This document shows positions 38,151 through 47,879 of a stretch of DNA of 64,000 nucleotides, piece by piece. How positions within the stretch are numbered: the first letter of the stretch is position 1; each line of letters opens with the position of its first letter. Under the pieces are notes generated by a model. It did no database searches. It was not told where the DNA came from and was given only the letters and a program-made list of their open reading frames with translations. The stretch is from Candidatus Thorarchaeota archaeon. Lineage in GTDB: Archaea > Asgardarchaeota > Thorarchaeia > Thorarchaeales > Thorarchaeaceae. Position numbers and translations under genes: made by a program. The stretch covers positions 5,526 through 69,525 of the forward strand of contig JBHLRZ010000016.1 of assembly GCA_048882045.1 (NCBI GenBank). Reading direction: 5' to 3'.

Positions 38151-39020
38151 TCATTCAAAGGCTATGCTCACGATGCATCCAGTTGATGAAGTATTTACAC
38201 TGACTTTTGCTCCAGTCAGTTCACTCAACCTCTTTGCTATTTTCTCGTGAAATGTGCATGGATAACCAGCTGGAATCTTTGATGCCTTGGGATCCATCTC
38301 ATGACAGGTTGTTAGTAGCTTGCAAGTACCAGTCTCGACAGTTGCTGTACCAGTGCCAGTCTTGGGTAGTTGACTCTCATTTGAACAACTCTGAATCAGC
38401 GAGGCGAATTTTATGAGTGCTGTTGGAGGCTCATTTGGATTTGACATGGCCCAGCGATAGATCAGAGCATCAACTACTCTGTTGAACATGTTATCGAGAT
38501 GTCCCTTTGGCAACTCTGAGGCATATGCGGCAATCTCACATATCATTGCTGCGTGTGCTTCGACATTCATTGCCCAAGCTGCTTCGTCCTTTACTCGGTG
38601 AAGTGGGGGAATCTCTCCTATTCTCATGTCTGGCAGATCTGCAGAGGTAGCTGATTCCTCAATTGCAACCTCTCCCTTCTCAGCAGCAGCAATGCCACCG
38701 ATTGTGGTACCATCTTCATATGTCAAATCAGGTATTTCGTAGTTCGGACATACTCCAGCAGTCTGATATTTCCTCGCAAACTGCATCAGTCTTCCTGCCA
38801 TTTGGGCTACAGCATATCTACTTAGACCTTCAAATCGGATGTTGCCATAAGCTATACCTACCATATTCTCAAGGTCAAGTTCAGGCATAGTCTTCTCTGC
38901 GAGTATCTTCTTACCTCTGACGATTCGCATCGCCCACATTTCATTCATGACTCCCGCCTGAGCACCATAGCTTGTATTTGGAATTCCGACGAGTGGGGAA
39001 ACGGGATAGAAATCACTCAT
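38151..39020 (-). CDS. Two-domain protein with C-terminal V4R-like (HNOX/Bet3-fold) domain
   Basis: C-terminal TCK...PCTFH...GCIVSIAFE Cys pattern as in V4R domains. Confidence 0.55.
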   Translation of the reverse strand: MSDFYPVSPLVGIPNTSYGAQAGVMNEMWAMRIVRGKKILAEKTMPELDLENMVGIAYGNIRFEGLSRYAVAQMAGRLMQFARKYQTAGVCPNYEIPDLTYEDGTTIGGIAAAEKGEVAIEESATSADLPDMRIGEIPPLHRVKDEAAWAMNVEAHAAMICEIAAYASELPKGHLDNMFNRVVDALIYRWAMSNPNEPPTALIKFASLIQSCSNESQLPKTGTGTATVETGTCKLLTTCHEMDPKASKIPAGYPCTFHEKIAKRLSELTGAKVSVNTSSTGCIVSIAFE

Positions 39021-39101
39021 ATTACAGCCTCAATATCCACTGTTCTGAAAATCATGGTCAAATGTGATTCAAAAGGGTATTGTGGTTGTATGAAAAGAAA
39101 A

Positions 39102-39141
39102 GTGGAAACTGGATGGTCATTCGCATCCAGTCTGTTTCCAC
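39102..39141 (-). terminator. Hairpin + U-tract directly after the cdc48 stop
   Basis: GTGGAAAC/GTTTCCAC and ACTGGATG/CATCCAGT pairings; TTTTCTTTT follows on the minus strand. Confidence 0.6.
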
Positions 39142-41327
39142 TACACGTAACCTGGGAGGTCCATGTCTTTCTGTGGTTTTCGCTTCTTCACTGATTCAGC
39201 CAATGCTAGGAATCTCTTGACATCATCTGGAGAGATGCTTGGTCGAACTTCCTTCAGAGCTTCATCGAAGTGTTTCATCTGCACAGGTTTTGCCTTCCAG
39301 TCATCCCGGACTGCAGCCATTGCAGCCTCACGAACAAGACCTTCGATATCCGCACCCGAGTATCCTTCGGTTTCATCAGCCAGCTTTTCAAGACTTACGT
39401 CATCTGCAAGAGGCATTTCACGAGTATGAACTCTGAGAATCTCTAATCTCGCGTCTGTATCTGGAGGTGGAACGAATAGAACTCCATCAAATCTGCCAGG
39501 CCTTAAAACCGCAGGATCTAGGATGTCCGCTCTGTTTGTCGCACCGATTACCAACACATTCTGTAAAGTCTGCATACCATCAAGCTCTGCAAGGAATTGG
39601 TTCACAATTCTCTGACTCACACCGGTGTCATCTGCTCGACTTCTTGTACTCATAATTGCATCAATTTCGTCAAAGAACAGAACACAAGGAGCAGTCTGTC
39701 GGGCTTTTTTGAAGATCTCGCGGACAGCTTTTTCCGACTCACCAACGTACTTGTTGAAGATTTCAGGACCTCGTACAGAAATGAAGTTAGCTTCACTCTC
39801 TGTAGCTACAGCTTTTGCTAGTAGAGTCTTTCCGGTACCTGGAGGGCCGAAGAGGAGAACTCCTTTTGGAGTTCGAATTCCCATTTCCTCGAAGACTTCA
39901 GGATGTTTCAATGGGGCTTCAACAGCCTCTCGCAATTGCATCTTGACTTTTGTTAGACCACCAACATCGTCCCATCGGACATTCGGCTTTTCTACAAGAA
40001 CTTCTCTCAAAGCAGAGGGAGTTACTTCAGATAGAGCCATATCAAAGTCAGCTTGTGTCACATACAGATTCGTTAGAATATCTGCAGGAATGTCACCAGT
40101 TTCAGGGTCAACATGAGGAAGGACTCTTCTGAGAGCCTGCATTGCGGCTTCCCTTGCGAGGGCGGCAAGATCTGCACCCACGAATCCATGGGTCACAGCG
40201 GCTAGTCTTTCTAGGTCAAGATCTTCTTCGAGTGGCATTGCTCTGGTATGAATCTGAAGGATTTCCAATCTGCCCTGCTTATCAGGGACTCCTATCACAA
40301 TCTCTCGATCGAAACGGCCAGGTCTTCGTAACGCTTCGTCAATATCATCAGGTCTGTTTGATGCTCCAATGACTATTACTTGTCCTCTCCCCGTTAGACC
40401 ATCCATGAGAGCGAGTAATTGTGCCACAACGCGTCGTTCAACCTCACCAGTGACCTCCGCGCGTTTGGGAGCAATACTATCTAGTTCATCAATGAAAATG
40501 ATAGTTGGTGCATTCTTTTCAGCATCTTCAAATGTTTCCCTAAGTTTCTGTTCTGATTCTCCATAGAATTTGGACATAATTTCTGGTCCATTAATTACCT
40601 TGAAATTCGCACCAGATTCATTTGCAACAGCTTTCGCAATGAGTGTCTTTCCTGTTCCGGGAGGGCCCATCAAGAGGACACCCTTAGGAGGAGAAATACC
40701 TAGACGCTTGAAAAGCTCTGGTGACTTCATTGGAAGTTCTACCATTTCACGGATTTTCGTCAGTTCCTTTCCCAGACCACCAATGTCTTCATAGGTCACA
40801 TCGGGAACTGAAACATCTTCAGGTTTCGCTGGTTTTGTTAGCACCTCAACAGTTGTTGCTGGTGTTACTCGAACGTGTTTACTTGGAGAAACCGTTGTTG
40901 CTGTGAATTGTAATCCTTGACCAATTGAGGAGATGAGAATCACATCACCTCTAGTGATTGGTTTGTTGATTATCTGTTGTTTCACATAGTTTTCGAATCC
41001 TTGTTGAAAACGGACAGGTTGACTAGGAGCCAGTACTATTCTGGCTGCTTCAGGAACATTTGTCTTACTAACCTCAACCATCTCACCGAGTCTCGCTCCT
41101 GCATTATTACGAATCAGACCATCCATCCTGACCATATCAAGAACTTCATCTTCTTTGAGACTAGGCCATGCAACTGCTACAGTTTCTCTAGTGCCTTTCA
41201 AAAGTACATAATCACCTGAACGGATGTCCAAGTGGTTTCTAACATCAGAATTTAATCTCACAATTCCGCGGCCCTGATCCTTCGGCATGGCAGCCGCTAC
41301 TTTTAGACGAACTGAATCTTCACTCAT
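39141..41327 (-). CDS. cdc48: Cdc48/VAT AAA+ ATPase
   Basis: N-domain, two GPPGTGKT Walker A motifs, [21 protein letters not shown]. Confidence 0.97.
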   Translation of the reverse strand: MSEDSVRLKVAAAMPKDQGRGIVRLNSDVRNHLDIRSGDYVLLKGTRETVAVAWPSLKEDEVLDMVRMDGLIRNNAGARLGEMVEVSKTNVPEAARIVLAPSQPVRFQQGFENYVKQQIINKPITRGDVILISSIGQGLQFTATTVSPSKHVRVTPATTVEVLTKPAKPEDVSVPDVTYEDIGGLGKELTKIREMVELPMKSPELFKRLGISPPKGVLLMGPPGTGKTLIAKAVANESGANFKVINGPEIMSKFYGESEQKLRETFEDAEKNAPTIIFIDELDSIAPKRAEVTGEVERRVVAQLLALMDGLTGRGQVIVIGASNRPDDIDEALRRPGRFDREIVIGVPDKQGRLEILQIHTRAMPLEEDLDLERLAAVTHGFVGADLAALAREAAMQALRRVLPHVDPETGDIPADILTNLYVTQADFDMALSEVTPSALREVLVEKPNVRWDDVGGLTKVKMQLREAVEAPLKHPEVFEEMGIRTPKGVLLFGPPGTGKTLLAKAVATESEANFISVRGPEIFNKYVGESEKAVREIFKKARQTAPCVLFFDEIDAIMSTRSRADDTGVSQRIVNQFLAELDGMQTLQNVLVIGATNRADILDPAVLRPGRFDGVLFVPPPDTDARLEILRVHTREMPLADDVSLEKLADETEGYSGADIEGLVREAAMAAVRDDWKAKPVQMKHFDEALKEVRPSISPDDVKRFLALAESVKKRKPQKDMDLPGYV

Positions 41328-41338
41328 TCCCTCACTCT

Positions 41339-41764
41339 CTATTCAATTCTCAGGTATCCTTCACTGGTTTCCTGCTCTTCTGATCTTACAGCAGTAATCT
41401 CAATCACACCGTTACGATAGGATACTGTCGACATCTCTTGGTCCACATTGAACCCAGGATGTAGGTGAATGTCTTGCTTGTTGGAACCAATCTTGACAAT
41501 GATTTCTTCACCATTTACCTTCACTTTAGGCACAAAGTCAGAAGAAAACTGACCCTGAACTAGGAACATGACACTATTTCCTAAATCAATCTCCTCCACA
41601 TGTGCTTCATCATTATGTTGCTCGATGTTCTGTTCGAGCGGGTCATTGACAAATGAGCCAGACCATGATCTAAATGTACCATTACCTTCAGGTAATTGTC
41701 CAAAGGCCTCTCTGAATTGTTCCATCATTTTTCGGAAAACTGACTCAAAGTCATCATCTATCAT
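41339..41764 (-). CDS. Small heat-shock protein (Hsp20/alpha-crystallin-like, divergent)
   Basis: DDDFESVFRKMMEQF N-terminus, SYRNGVIEIT, C-terminal LRIE (IxI-like); 11 bp upstream of cdc48; SD GGAGGT favours the 41764 start. Confidence 0.75.
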   Translation of the reverse strand: MIDDDFESVFRKMMEQFREAFGQLPEGNGTFRSWSGSFVNDPLEQNIEQHNDEAHVEEIDLGNSVMFLVQGQFSSDFVPKVKVNGEEIIVKIGSNKQDIHLHPGFNVDQEMSTVSYRNGVIEITAVRSEEQETSEGYLRIE

Positions 41765-41776
41765 GTTTGGAAAAAT

Positions 41777-41897
41777 ACCTCCCATTACGAAGCCCCGGGC
41801 GGCTGATGCCGCCCTTCCGAGTCACCGATTGGGGCTCCCTTTCTGTACTGTCTTGTCAGTCAGTACTAAGATACCATGTGGTACAATAGCATATAAG
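41777..41897 (-). promoter_or_regulatory. sHSP-cdc48 promoter and structured leader (TATA-like, three GTAC at 18-bp period, GC-rich branched hairpin, SD)
   Basis: TTATAT at about 41896-41891; GTAC at 41845, 41863 and 41881; stems 41789-96/41831-38 and 41797-803/41808-14. Confidence 0.55.
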
Positions 41898-42057
41898 GAT
41901 TTGGAAGTAGGCCTACTCAGGATATGGGTTTCTTCCTTTGTCTCATGACATATTGTACACTCTAATAGTGTGAGTTTACTCAAAAATCATTGCTGATGTC
42001 ACAGAGATATGGATATATTGGGCAAATTCTGCCATATGATAGACTGGTGTAACCACA

Positions 42058-42930
42058 TTGCCAACATGCTCTCTGTGCGGCACTGAAGATTTGAGCTTCA
42101 CATGCCCGTACTGCAATGGAGTGTTCTGCTCAGAACACAGACTTCCAGAGAGTCATGGTTGTCCTGGGATGCATAGAGTACGTGAGGACGCACGGCGAAA
42201 AGTTACAGGAAAAACTGATTCTGAGGACATGAACGTTACTTTTTCTATTCGCGAGCGAAGGAAACCCCAACGACAAAGACGCCGAAGGCGTAGATTCTCG
42301 TCTACTGAACTTCGTGATCTAACCATTGCTGCGGTTCTTGTAATTCTGGTTGGGATATCCATATTCGGTTCCCCATATGGTATCTTTCGTGCTATAGATG
42401 TTCTAGGGTACTACTTGAGCCTCGGTCTGTGGTGGTTGCCCGTAGGAAGTATTCTCATCTTTCTATTCTCATTCATGGCGCATGAACTAGCTCACAAGTT
42501 CGTCGCGCAGAGCTTTGGAGCTTGGTCAGAGTTCAGAATGTTGCCTACTGGATACATCCTCTCAGCAATGGCAATTCTCTTTTCAGTGCCAATCTTTGGA
42601 ACTGGAGTGGTTTATTCTAGCGGAATGTCGAATAGAGAACAAGTAGGGAAGACAAACCTTGCAGGTCCTTTGACCAATTTTATTCTAGCTGCTATACTAA
42701 TGATTACTGCATTGACAATGTCAGTGTTCGCTCCTCTGGGTGTTATAGGCTTGCTATTTCGTTTTGGGATTCAGTTGAATGCATTCCTTGGACTCTTCAA
42801 CATGATTCCATTCCAACCCTTTGATGGAGCATCCATTAGAAACTGGAGTAACAAAGTTTGGATTGCCCAAGCAGTTGGACTTGTGTTCATGCTCATTCTT
42901 GGCTATGCATTTCCCTACCTAGTACTATGA
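42058..42930 (+). CDS. AN1-type zinc finger fused to M50 (site-2 protease family) intramembrane metalloprotease
   Basis: CSLC...CPYC..FCSEHRLPESHGC; HELAH, LAGP, NMIPFQPFDG. Confidence 0.9.
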   Translation: MPTCSLCGTEDLSFTCPYCNGVFCSEHRLPESHGCPGMHRVREDARRKVTGKTDSEDMNVTFSIRERRKPQRQRRRRRRFSSTELRDLTIAAVLVILVGISIFGSPYGIFRAIDVLGYYLSLGLWWLPVGSILIFLFSFMAHELAHKFVAQSFGAWSEFRMLPTGYILSAMAILFSVPIFGTGVVYSSGMSNREQVGKTNLAGPLTNFILAAILMITALTMSVFAPLGVIGLLFRFGIQLNAFLGLFNMIPFQPFDGASIRNWSNKVWIAQAVGLVFMLILGYAFPYLVL

Positions 42931-43006
42931 AGTGTTGCGTCAATAATACCACGCTTCATAGCAGAATATTATACAGACACCTTGAAACTTTCAGGGGATT
43001 GACCAA

Positions 43007-44542
43007 TTGCTCACACCTAAGGGATACAGCACTGACATCACCGAGCTATCAGTTTCAGCCTGGTTCTACCGTAACCGGACTATCGCGGGTTTTGACAATC
43101 CCGCTCGTTCACTCTATGTTTCTATTCGCGAGCTCGTTGAGAACAGTCTTGATGCATGTGAGGATGAACGCGTCTTACCAGATGTGAGTGTCTTCCTACG
43201 GCGTGTGAGTGAAGCTAGCGACGATATGTTGAGTTCAGGACCAGAAATCTTCGAACTCACTGTGAAAGATAATGGGATGGGAATCAAACGAGAAGACATC
43301 CCAGTTCTGATTGGGAAAATGCTGACAGGAACCAAGTTTACACTCAGACAAAGCCGAGGAACTTTTGGGCTGGGAGGAAGTCTGGCACTTCTCTACGGAC
43401 AAGTGACCACCCAAGAACCAATAGAAGTTGTGACTGGACAGAAGTACGAGCCTACTGGACACAGAATTGTCATGCGTCTTGATATCGATACAAATCAACC
43501 AGTCATTCTCAAAGAGGAATCAATTCCCAAGAGTCCAGATGAGATGGGCACGATGGTTTCATTCCAGCTCCAAGGAGACTGGATAAGGAGTAAACGAAGA
43601 ATCATTGACTATTTCTCTCAGACAGCCATAATTGTCCCCCATGCATCACTGTTCTTCGAAACTCCTGATAGGGAGGTTTTCAGATTTGATAGACTTATAG
43701 ATAGACTACCAGTTTCGCCAAAGGAGATGGAACCTCATCCGAGAGGTATCGATGTTGAGATGCTCAAGAAGATGATTGGGGTCAGTCGTGCAAAGACTCT
43801 CAAATCATTCATGAAGAATTCTTTCCAACGTGTAGGAGATTCTATTGCGGATGATTTTCTCCAATATGCGAAGCTAGATAGCGAGAGGTCTCCGAAGTCG
43901 TTAGGGCAACCCGATTTAGTGTCAATGATGAACTCATTTGTTAGTTATGAGAAATTCCTCCCTCCCTCACCTAAATCCCTATCACCAGCTGGTACTGAGT
44001 TGCTTATGGCAGGTGTTCAGAGACTCTCTCCAGACCTTGCTGTATTCAAGAAACGAGCCCCAAATGTCTATGAAGGACATCCATTCATAATTGAAACAGG
44101 TGTAGCATACAGAGGAGGTCTTGGAGCGGGAATTAAGATCTTTAGATTCGCAAACCGTATCCCTCTGCTCTATGATGAAAGCTCAGATGTTTCATACCGA
44201 GTAGTGAGAAACCTCAATTTGAAACATTATGGTCTCCGTCAAGAAGATCCGATTGCGTTCGTCATCCACATCTGCTCAACAAAGGTCCCGTTCAAGACTG
44301 TAGGCAAGGAGTACATAGCTGACGTAGATGTTGTACGAAGAGAGATCGAGCTGGGATTCAAGGAATGTCTTCGTGAGATCAGTGAGAAGGTGAGGAAACG
44401 AGAAAGATTCCACAAACAGCGTAAGAGAGAGACGAAACTGTTCCAGTATTATCAGTTCATGTCTGAAACGTTGGCCTCAGCCCTAATGAGAGATGTCTCA
44501 GCGAAGTCTCTATTCATGATAAGTGGAGATGATACTGATTGA
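43007..44542 (+). CDS. top6B: DNA topoisomerase VI subunit B
   Basis: RELVENSLDA, DNGMGI, SRGTFGLG, PHPRG, FANRIPLLYD, GKEYIA. Confidence 0.95.
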   Translation: MLTPKGYSTDITELSVSAWFYRNRTIAGFDNPARSLYVSIRELVENSLDACEDERVLPDVSVFLRRVSEASDDMLSSGPEIFELTVKDNGMGIKREDIPVLIGKMLTGTKFTLRQSRGTFGLGGSLALLYGQVTTQEPIEVVTGQKYEPTGHRIVMRLDIDTNQPVILKEESIPKSPDEMGTMVSFQLQGDWIRSKRRIIDYFSQTAIIVPHASLFFETPDREVFRFDRLIDRLPVSPKEMEPHPRGIDVEMLKKMIGVSRAKTLKSFMKNSFQRVGDSIADDFLQYAKLDSERSPKSLGQPDLVSMMNSFVSYEKFLPPSPKSLSPAGTELLMAGVQRLSPDLAVFKKRAPNVYEGHPFIIETGVAYRGGLGAGIKIFRFANRIPLLYDESSDVSYRVVRNLNLKHYGLRQEDPIAFVIHICSTKVPFKTVGKEYIADVDVVRREIELGFKECLREISEKVRKRERFHKQRKRETKLFQYYQFMSETLASALMRDVSAKSLFMISGDDTD

Positions 44543-45669
44543 GTAATGCAGACTCCGAAGTCATAGAACTCATCGACATAGTTCTGGAAACCTTGGCTGA
44601 AACGATCAACGAAGGAGAGTTCCCCGAAATCGGATACTTTGGTTCAAAAAAGAAGAATGTGTATTACTCTGAAATTGAAGGGTATCTCCCAATCGAAGAT
44701 ACTCCATCATTCATTGATGGTCGGAAAGTAGAGAGTGCAAAGACCATCGCAGGTCTTGTCTATGGACTTACACGCTTCAAGGAACACCTCGAACAGAGGA
44801 TGTCTATGAGCTTAAGAGACTTTTACTACATGCACAAGGTGAAGCGTGTGCAGGACATCCTCAGGATATCCAATCAGACCGAAACAAACCGTTTGATCAA
44901 TCTGTGTGAGAGGATTATCAAACACAATGGATCTTCTGTACCAAGAGAGGAGTTCGGAGTTGTAAGCTCACCAAAGGGTACATTCTATGGTGATGTGACT
45001 CTCTCAGACCTTTCAGGTAAGAGATTGGCTTGTAATGCAACTGGTGAGTATGGATGGTTCATTTCATCCCGTCCGTTCGATGTTCAAATCCACGACATCA
45101 ACATCGATGCAGCTGTATTTGTCGAGAAAGAAGCCATGGCAAGAAACTTGATCGAACTCGGACTTCCAGAACAACTGAGTATAGGAGTTGGTTCTCTATT
45201 CGGTCAACCAGGGAGGAACATGAGGGCTTGGATTCGACGTTTGTCGGATAATGAGGTCCCCATCCTAGTCCTTGCAGACATGTCCCCCTGGTCTTTACGG
45301 ATATTCTCGACCATCAAGAGCAATTCGATTGAACTGGCGAACATCAGAGGTCTCGCAACTCCTAAGGCACGACTAATTGGTCTGACCACTAAGGACTTTT
45401 GGACAAAGAAGGGAATGCTCAACGGAATCGAGCATTCCCTTGAATCTATGAGTAGTTCTGACATCAAGTGTGCTAAACAGAACCAGAACATACCAGCAAT
45501 TTGCCAAGACGTTTTTCTCAGAAAAGAGAATGACACTATGCTCAAGAAGAAAAGAAAAGGAGAACTTGAAGCCTTCAAAGCCTTTGGTTTACCACTTTCT
45601 GAATTGAAACAGTTGTATATTAGTTATCTAAGAGCAAAATCAGCAGACTATGATGTGAAACTGATATAA
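44539..45669 (+). CDS. top6A: DNA topoisomerase VI subunit A / Spo11-like (divergent)
   Basis: SLRDFYY catalytic Tyr, VEKEA, GQP, DMSP (TOPRIM), KGELEA; TTGA overlap with top6B. Confidence 0.85.
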   Translation: MSNADSEVIELIDIVLETLAETINEGEFPEIGYFGSKKKNVYYSEIEGYLPIEDTPSFIDGRKVESAKTIAGLVYGLTRFKEHLEQRMSMSLRDFYYMHKVKRVQDILRISNQTETNRLINLCERIIKHNGSSVPREEFGVVSSPKGTFYGDVTLSDLSGKRLACNATGEYGWFISSRPFDVQIHDINIDAAVFVEKEAMARNLIELGLPEQLSIGVGSLFGQPGRNMRAWIRRLSDNEVPILVLADMSPWSLRIFSTIKSNSIELANIRGLATPKARLIGLTTKDFWTKKGMLNGIEHSLESMSSSDIKCAKQNQNIPAICQDVFLRKENDTMLKKKRKGELEAFKAFGLPLSELKQLYISYLRAKSADYDVKLI

Positions 45670-45704
45670 AGGCCAGTTGTCTTCACACAGGATGAGGAGT
45701 CATT

Positions 45705-46343
45705 ATGACTGATCGGGAGAAGATGCTAGAGCTACTGAATGAATTTCAAAACTCGATTGTCAAACTCATGGATGAGAGAGACAAACTGAGTTCTGAGAGT
45801 GAAGAACTGAGAGCTTCTAAACGAGAAGCTGAGGAGAAGGCTTGGGCTGCAGAAGAAAAGGTCAAGGAACTCACGGACGATTTGGCTGCAGTAAAGGATG
45901 AAGCTGAAGACCTTAAAACAAAGGCAGTCGAAGCGGAGTCATCCAAAGGAGAGGCTGTTAGTGCACTCCAAGCTGAAAGAGATGAACTCCGGAAGGAGAT
46001 GGATGAGATCCAAGAACAGCTTGGTAGAGTATCAGAACTCTATAGAGAAGCGTCAGCTGAAAAAGAGGCCCTCCAAGAAAAGGTTGATGTAAGTGACCTA
46101 TTGGCTATATACATCACACTCATCGAGACAGTCTTCTACGGCAAACCGCATGCACGAATACTGTACACCTTGCATGATGTAAAGACTGCCATTACGAGAA
46201 AGAACTTGGTTTCGAGTACGGGCATTCAACCTGCTGCAGTACTCAAAGCAGTTCATGACTTGGCAAATGCAGATCTGGTATCATATAATGATGAAACTCA
46301 AGAAGTAGAACTTACCAAGGATATCCTTCGCAGATCCGGATAA
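45705..46343 (+). CDS. Coiled-coil protein with C-terminal winged-helix domain
   Basis: About 125-aa heptads, then PHARILYTL...ITRKNLVSSTGIQPAAVLKAVHDLANADLVSY. Confidence 0.8.
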   Translation: MTDREKMLELLNEFQNSIVKLMDERDKLSSESEELRASKREAEEKAWAAEEKVKELTDDLAAVKDEAEDLKTKAVEAESSKGEAVSALQAERDELRKEMDEIQEQLGRVSELYREASAEKEALQEKVDVSDLLAIYITLIETVFYGKPHARILYTLHDVKTAITRKNLVSSTGIQPAAVLKAVHDLANADLVSYNDETQEVELTKDILRRSG

Positions 46344-46366
46344 TTTCAATCTGAGAGAGACAGCAA

Positions 46367-47371
46367 TTGGCTACAAAGACAACAATAGGACCCGCATTGC
46401 AGAAGTACATACGTAGATACACGCTTAATGACAAACTCAGCTCCATCACCTCCCTACTCGGTGACGAAACACAGAATGTCATAGACTGGGCATATGAAGA
46501 GGCAAAGAGAAGGATTGCTGAAAATCCTGAGGAGAAGAAGAGGGATATTGGGAGAATAGTCTTTGATCTCATTGGCAATGAAGCTGCAATCGTTCTTGTG
46601 AAACAAAATCATGCAAAAGGAAGGTTGACGACTAAGAGTGAGGTCAAGTCAAAGACAGGACAAAAAGTCGAGATGCCAGTACTCTATCGTGATGCGGGAT
46701 TGAGGCATCCACAAGAAGCTAGGAATCTTAGACACAATCTCTTCCACGAGGCATTTCATGCATTAATCATGCATCTATTTCCTGACGTTTCAACAAGTGT
46801 ACCATCAACAGGAGAGGGGTTGACTCCAGACCTGATGATTGAACACAAAGACCCTGACTGGTTAATCTCGGTCGAATACAAAGGTTATCGATCGATCACC
46901 CTTCTAAGCGAGTCGGAAGTTCTCAAGGGAATGAGGTATCAAGATGCATTCGGAACAGCATGGTTAGTGACTTCATCCGCGAAGACTGTCAGGGATGTAT
47001 ACAAAAAAACGATTCATTCCAAAGAAATCGTAGAACGGGGAATAGAGAGATTACGAAGGATATACAAACGGCAAGCCTTCACAAGTGAGCAGAAGGAGAA
47101 TAGAGGAATTGCAAGGAAAGGAATCAGTCACCTTGAGAAACACAAGGACCTAGACTTGAAATGCCGCCTCTGGACTGCAGAAGAACTCCTTGAATCGATG
47201 AAGGACGGAAAACCTGTAAAGGGGCTAATCATCTCAAGTGGATTCGAATTCATCAAACTACTCAAGGATGCAGGACTCGAGGAAGAAGCCGATAATGTTC
47301 TGCGCGTGATGAAACTTCCAACATCATCTTTACACAGTGACAAGGTGACTTCTGTCCGATTGATAGGATAA
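46367..47371 (+). CDS. PD-(D/E)xK restriction-endonuclease-fold protein
   Basis: TPDLMI...SVEYKG, then AWLVTS. Confidence 0.6.
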   Translation: MATKTTIGPALQKYIRRYTLNDKLSSITSLLGDETQNVIDWAYEEAKRRIAENPEEKKRDIGRIVFDLIGNEAAIVLVKQNHAKGRLTTKSEVKSKTGQKVEMPVLYRDAGLRHPQEARNLRHNLFHEAFHALIMHLFPDVSTSVPSTGEGLTPDLMIEHKDPDWLISVEYKGYRSITLLSESEVLKGMRYQDAFGTAWLVTSSAKTVRDVYKKTIHSKEIVERGIERLRRIYKRQAFTSEQKENRGIARKGISHLEKHKDLDLKCRLWTAEELLESMKDGKPVKGLIISSGFEFIKLLKDAGLEEEADNVLRVMKLPTSSLHSDKVTSVRLIG

Positions 47372-47474
47372 TTGACTAAAAACAGGTCTAGGGATGGTGC
47401 TCCCAAGCTTTATCAATGCCTTGCGTGAAAGCCATACTGTCCCTGATTAAAACAGGGCATGAGGGATTCGACAG

Positions 47475-47873
47475 TTGACGGACTCAAGTCAGAGTATCAT
47501 GAAGCTTCAAGAGCAGCTAAGCGACCTTCTTAGAGCACTATCAAGTAGATCCCCCATTCTTGGAGCTGCTGTATTTTCAATAGAGGGACTTCCATTAGTC
47601 AGCAGGTTTCATGGTGGCACTGAGGAAGCTTCCATAGCAGCTATAGTGGCCGCAATCCATGCTGCCGGTGAGCAGACTGTCAAAGAACTACGGCAAGGAG
47701 AACTCAAATCAATCATAATTCAGGGAGACCTAGGAACAACTCTTGTAATTTCAATATCATCAGACTATCTTCTAACTGTTACAGCCCCGGATAATGCCAA
47801 ACTCGGACTTATCTTCAGTGATGCAAAGAAAGCAGGGAGAGATGCTAGGAAGATTCTCCATCAGGCAATTTGA
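47475..47873 (+). CDS. Roadblock/LC7 domain protein
   Basis: AVFSIEGLPL, IAAIVAAI, LRQGELKSIIIQG, AKLGLI. Confidence 0.9.
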   Translation: MTDSSQSIMKLQEQLSDLLRALSSRSPILGAAVFSIEGLPLVSRFHGGTEEASIAAIVAAIHAAGEQTVKELRQGELKSIIIQGDLGTTLVISISSDYLLTVTAPDNAKLGLIFSDAKKAGRDARKILHQAI

Positions 47874-47879
47874 TTTACG

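Noticed and set aside
35561-41785. Single operon from sHSP/cdc48 through the SNAP-like gene
   Set aside because: Terminator-like hairpins at 39102 and 37722 and gaps of 95-135 bp argue for separate transcripts.
41789-41838. GC-rich structure as a tRNA or SECIS element
   Set aside because: Too short, no T-psi-C/D-arm signatures, lacks a convincing SECIS core, and no neighbouring ORF shows an in-frame TGA at a Cys position.
44539-46343. Wadjet/JetD-type defence system (Topo VI-A-like + coiled coil)
   Set aside because: The A subunit is coupled to a canonical top6B, and the coiled-coil protein has no SMC ATPase motifs.
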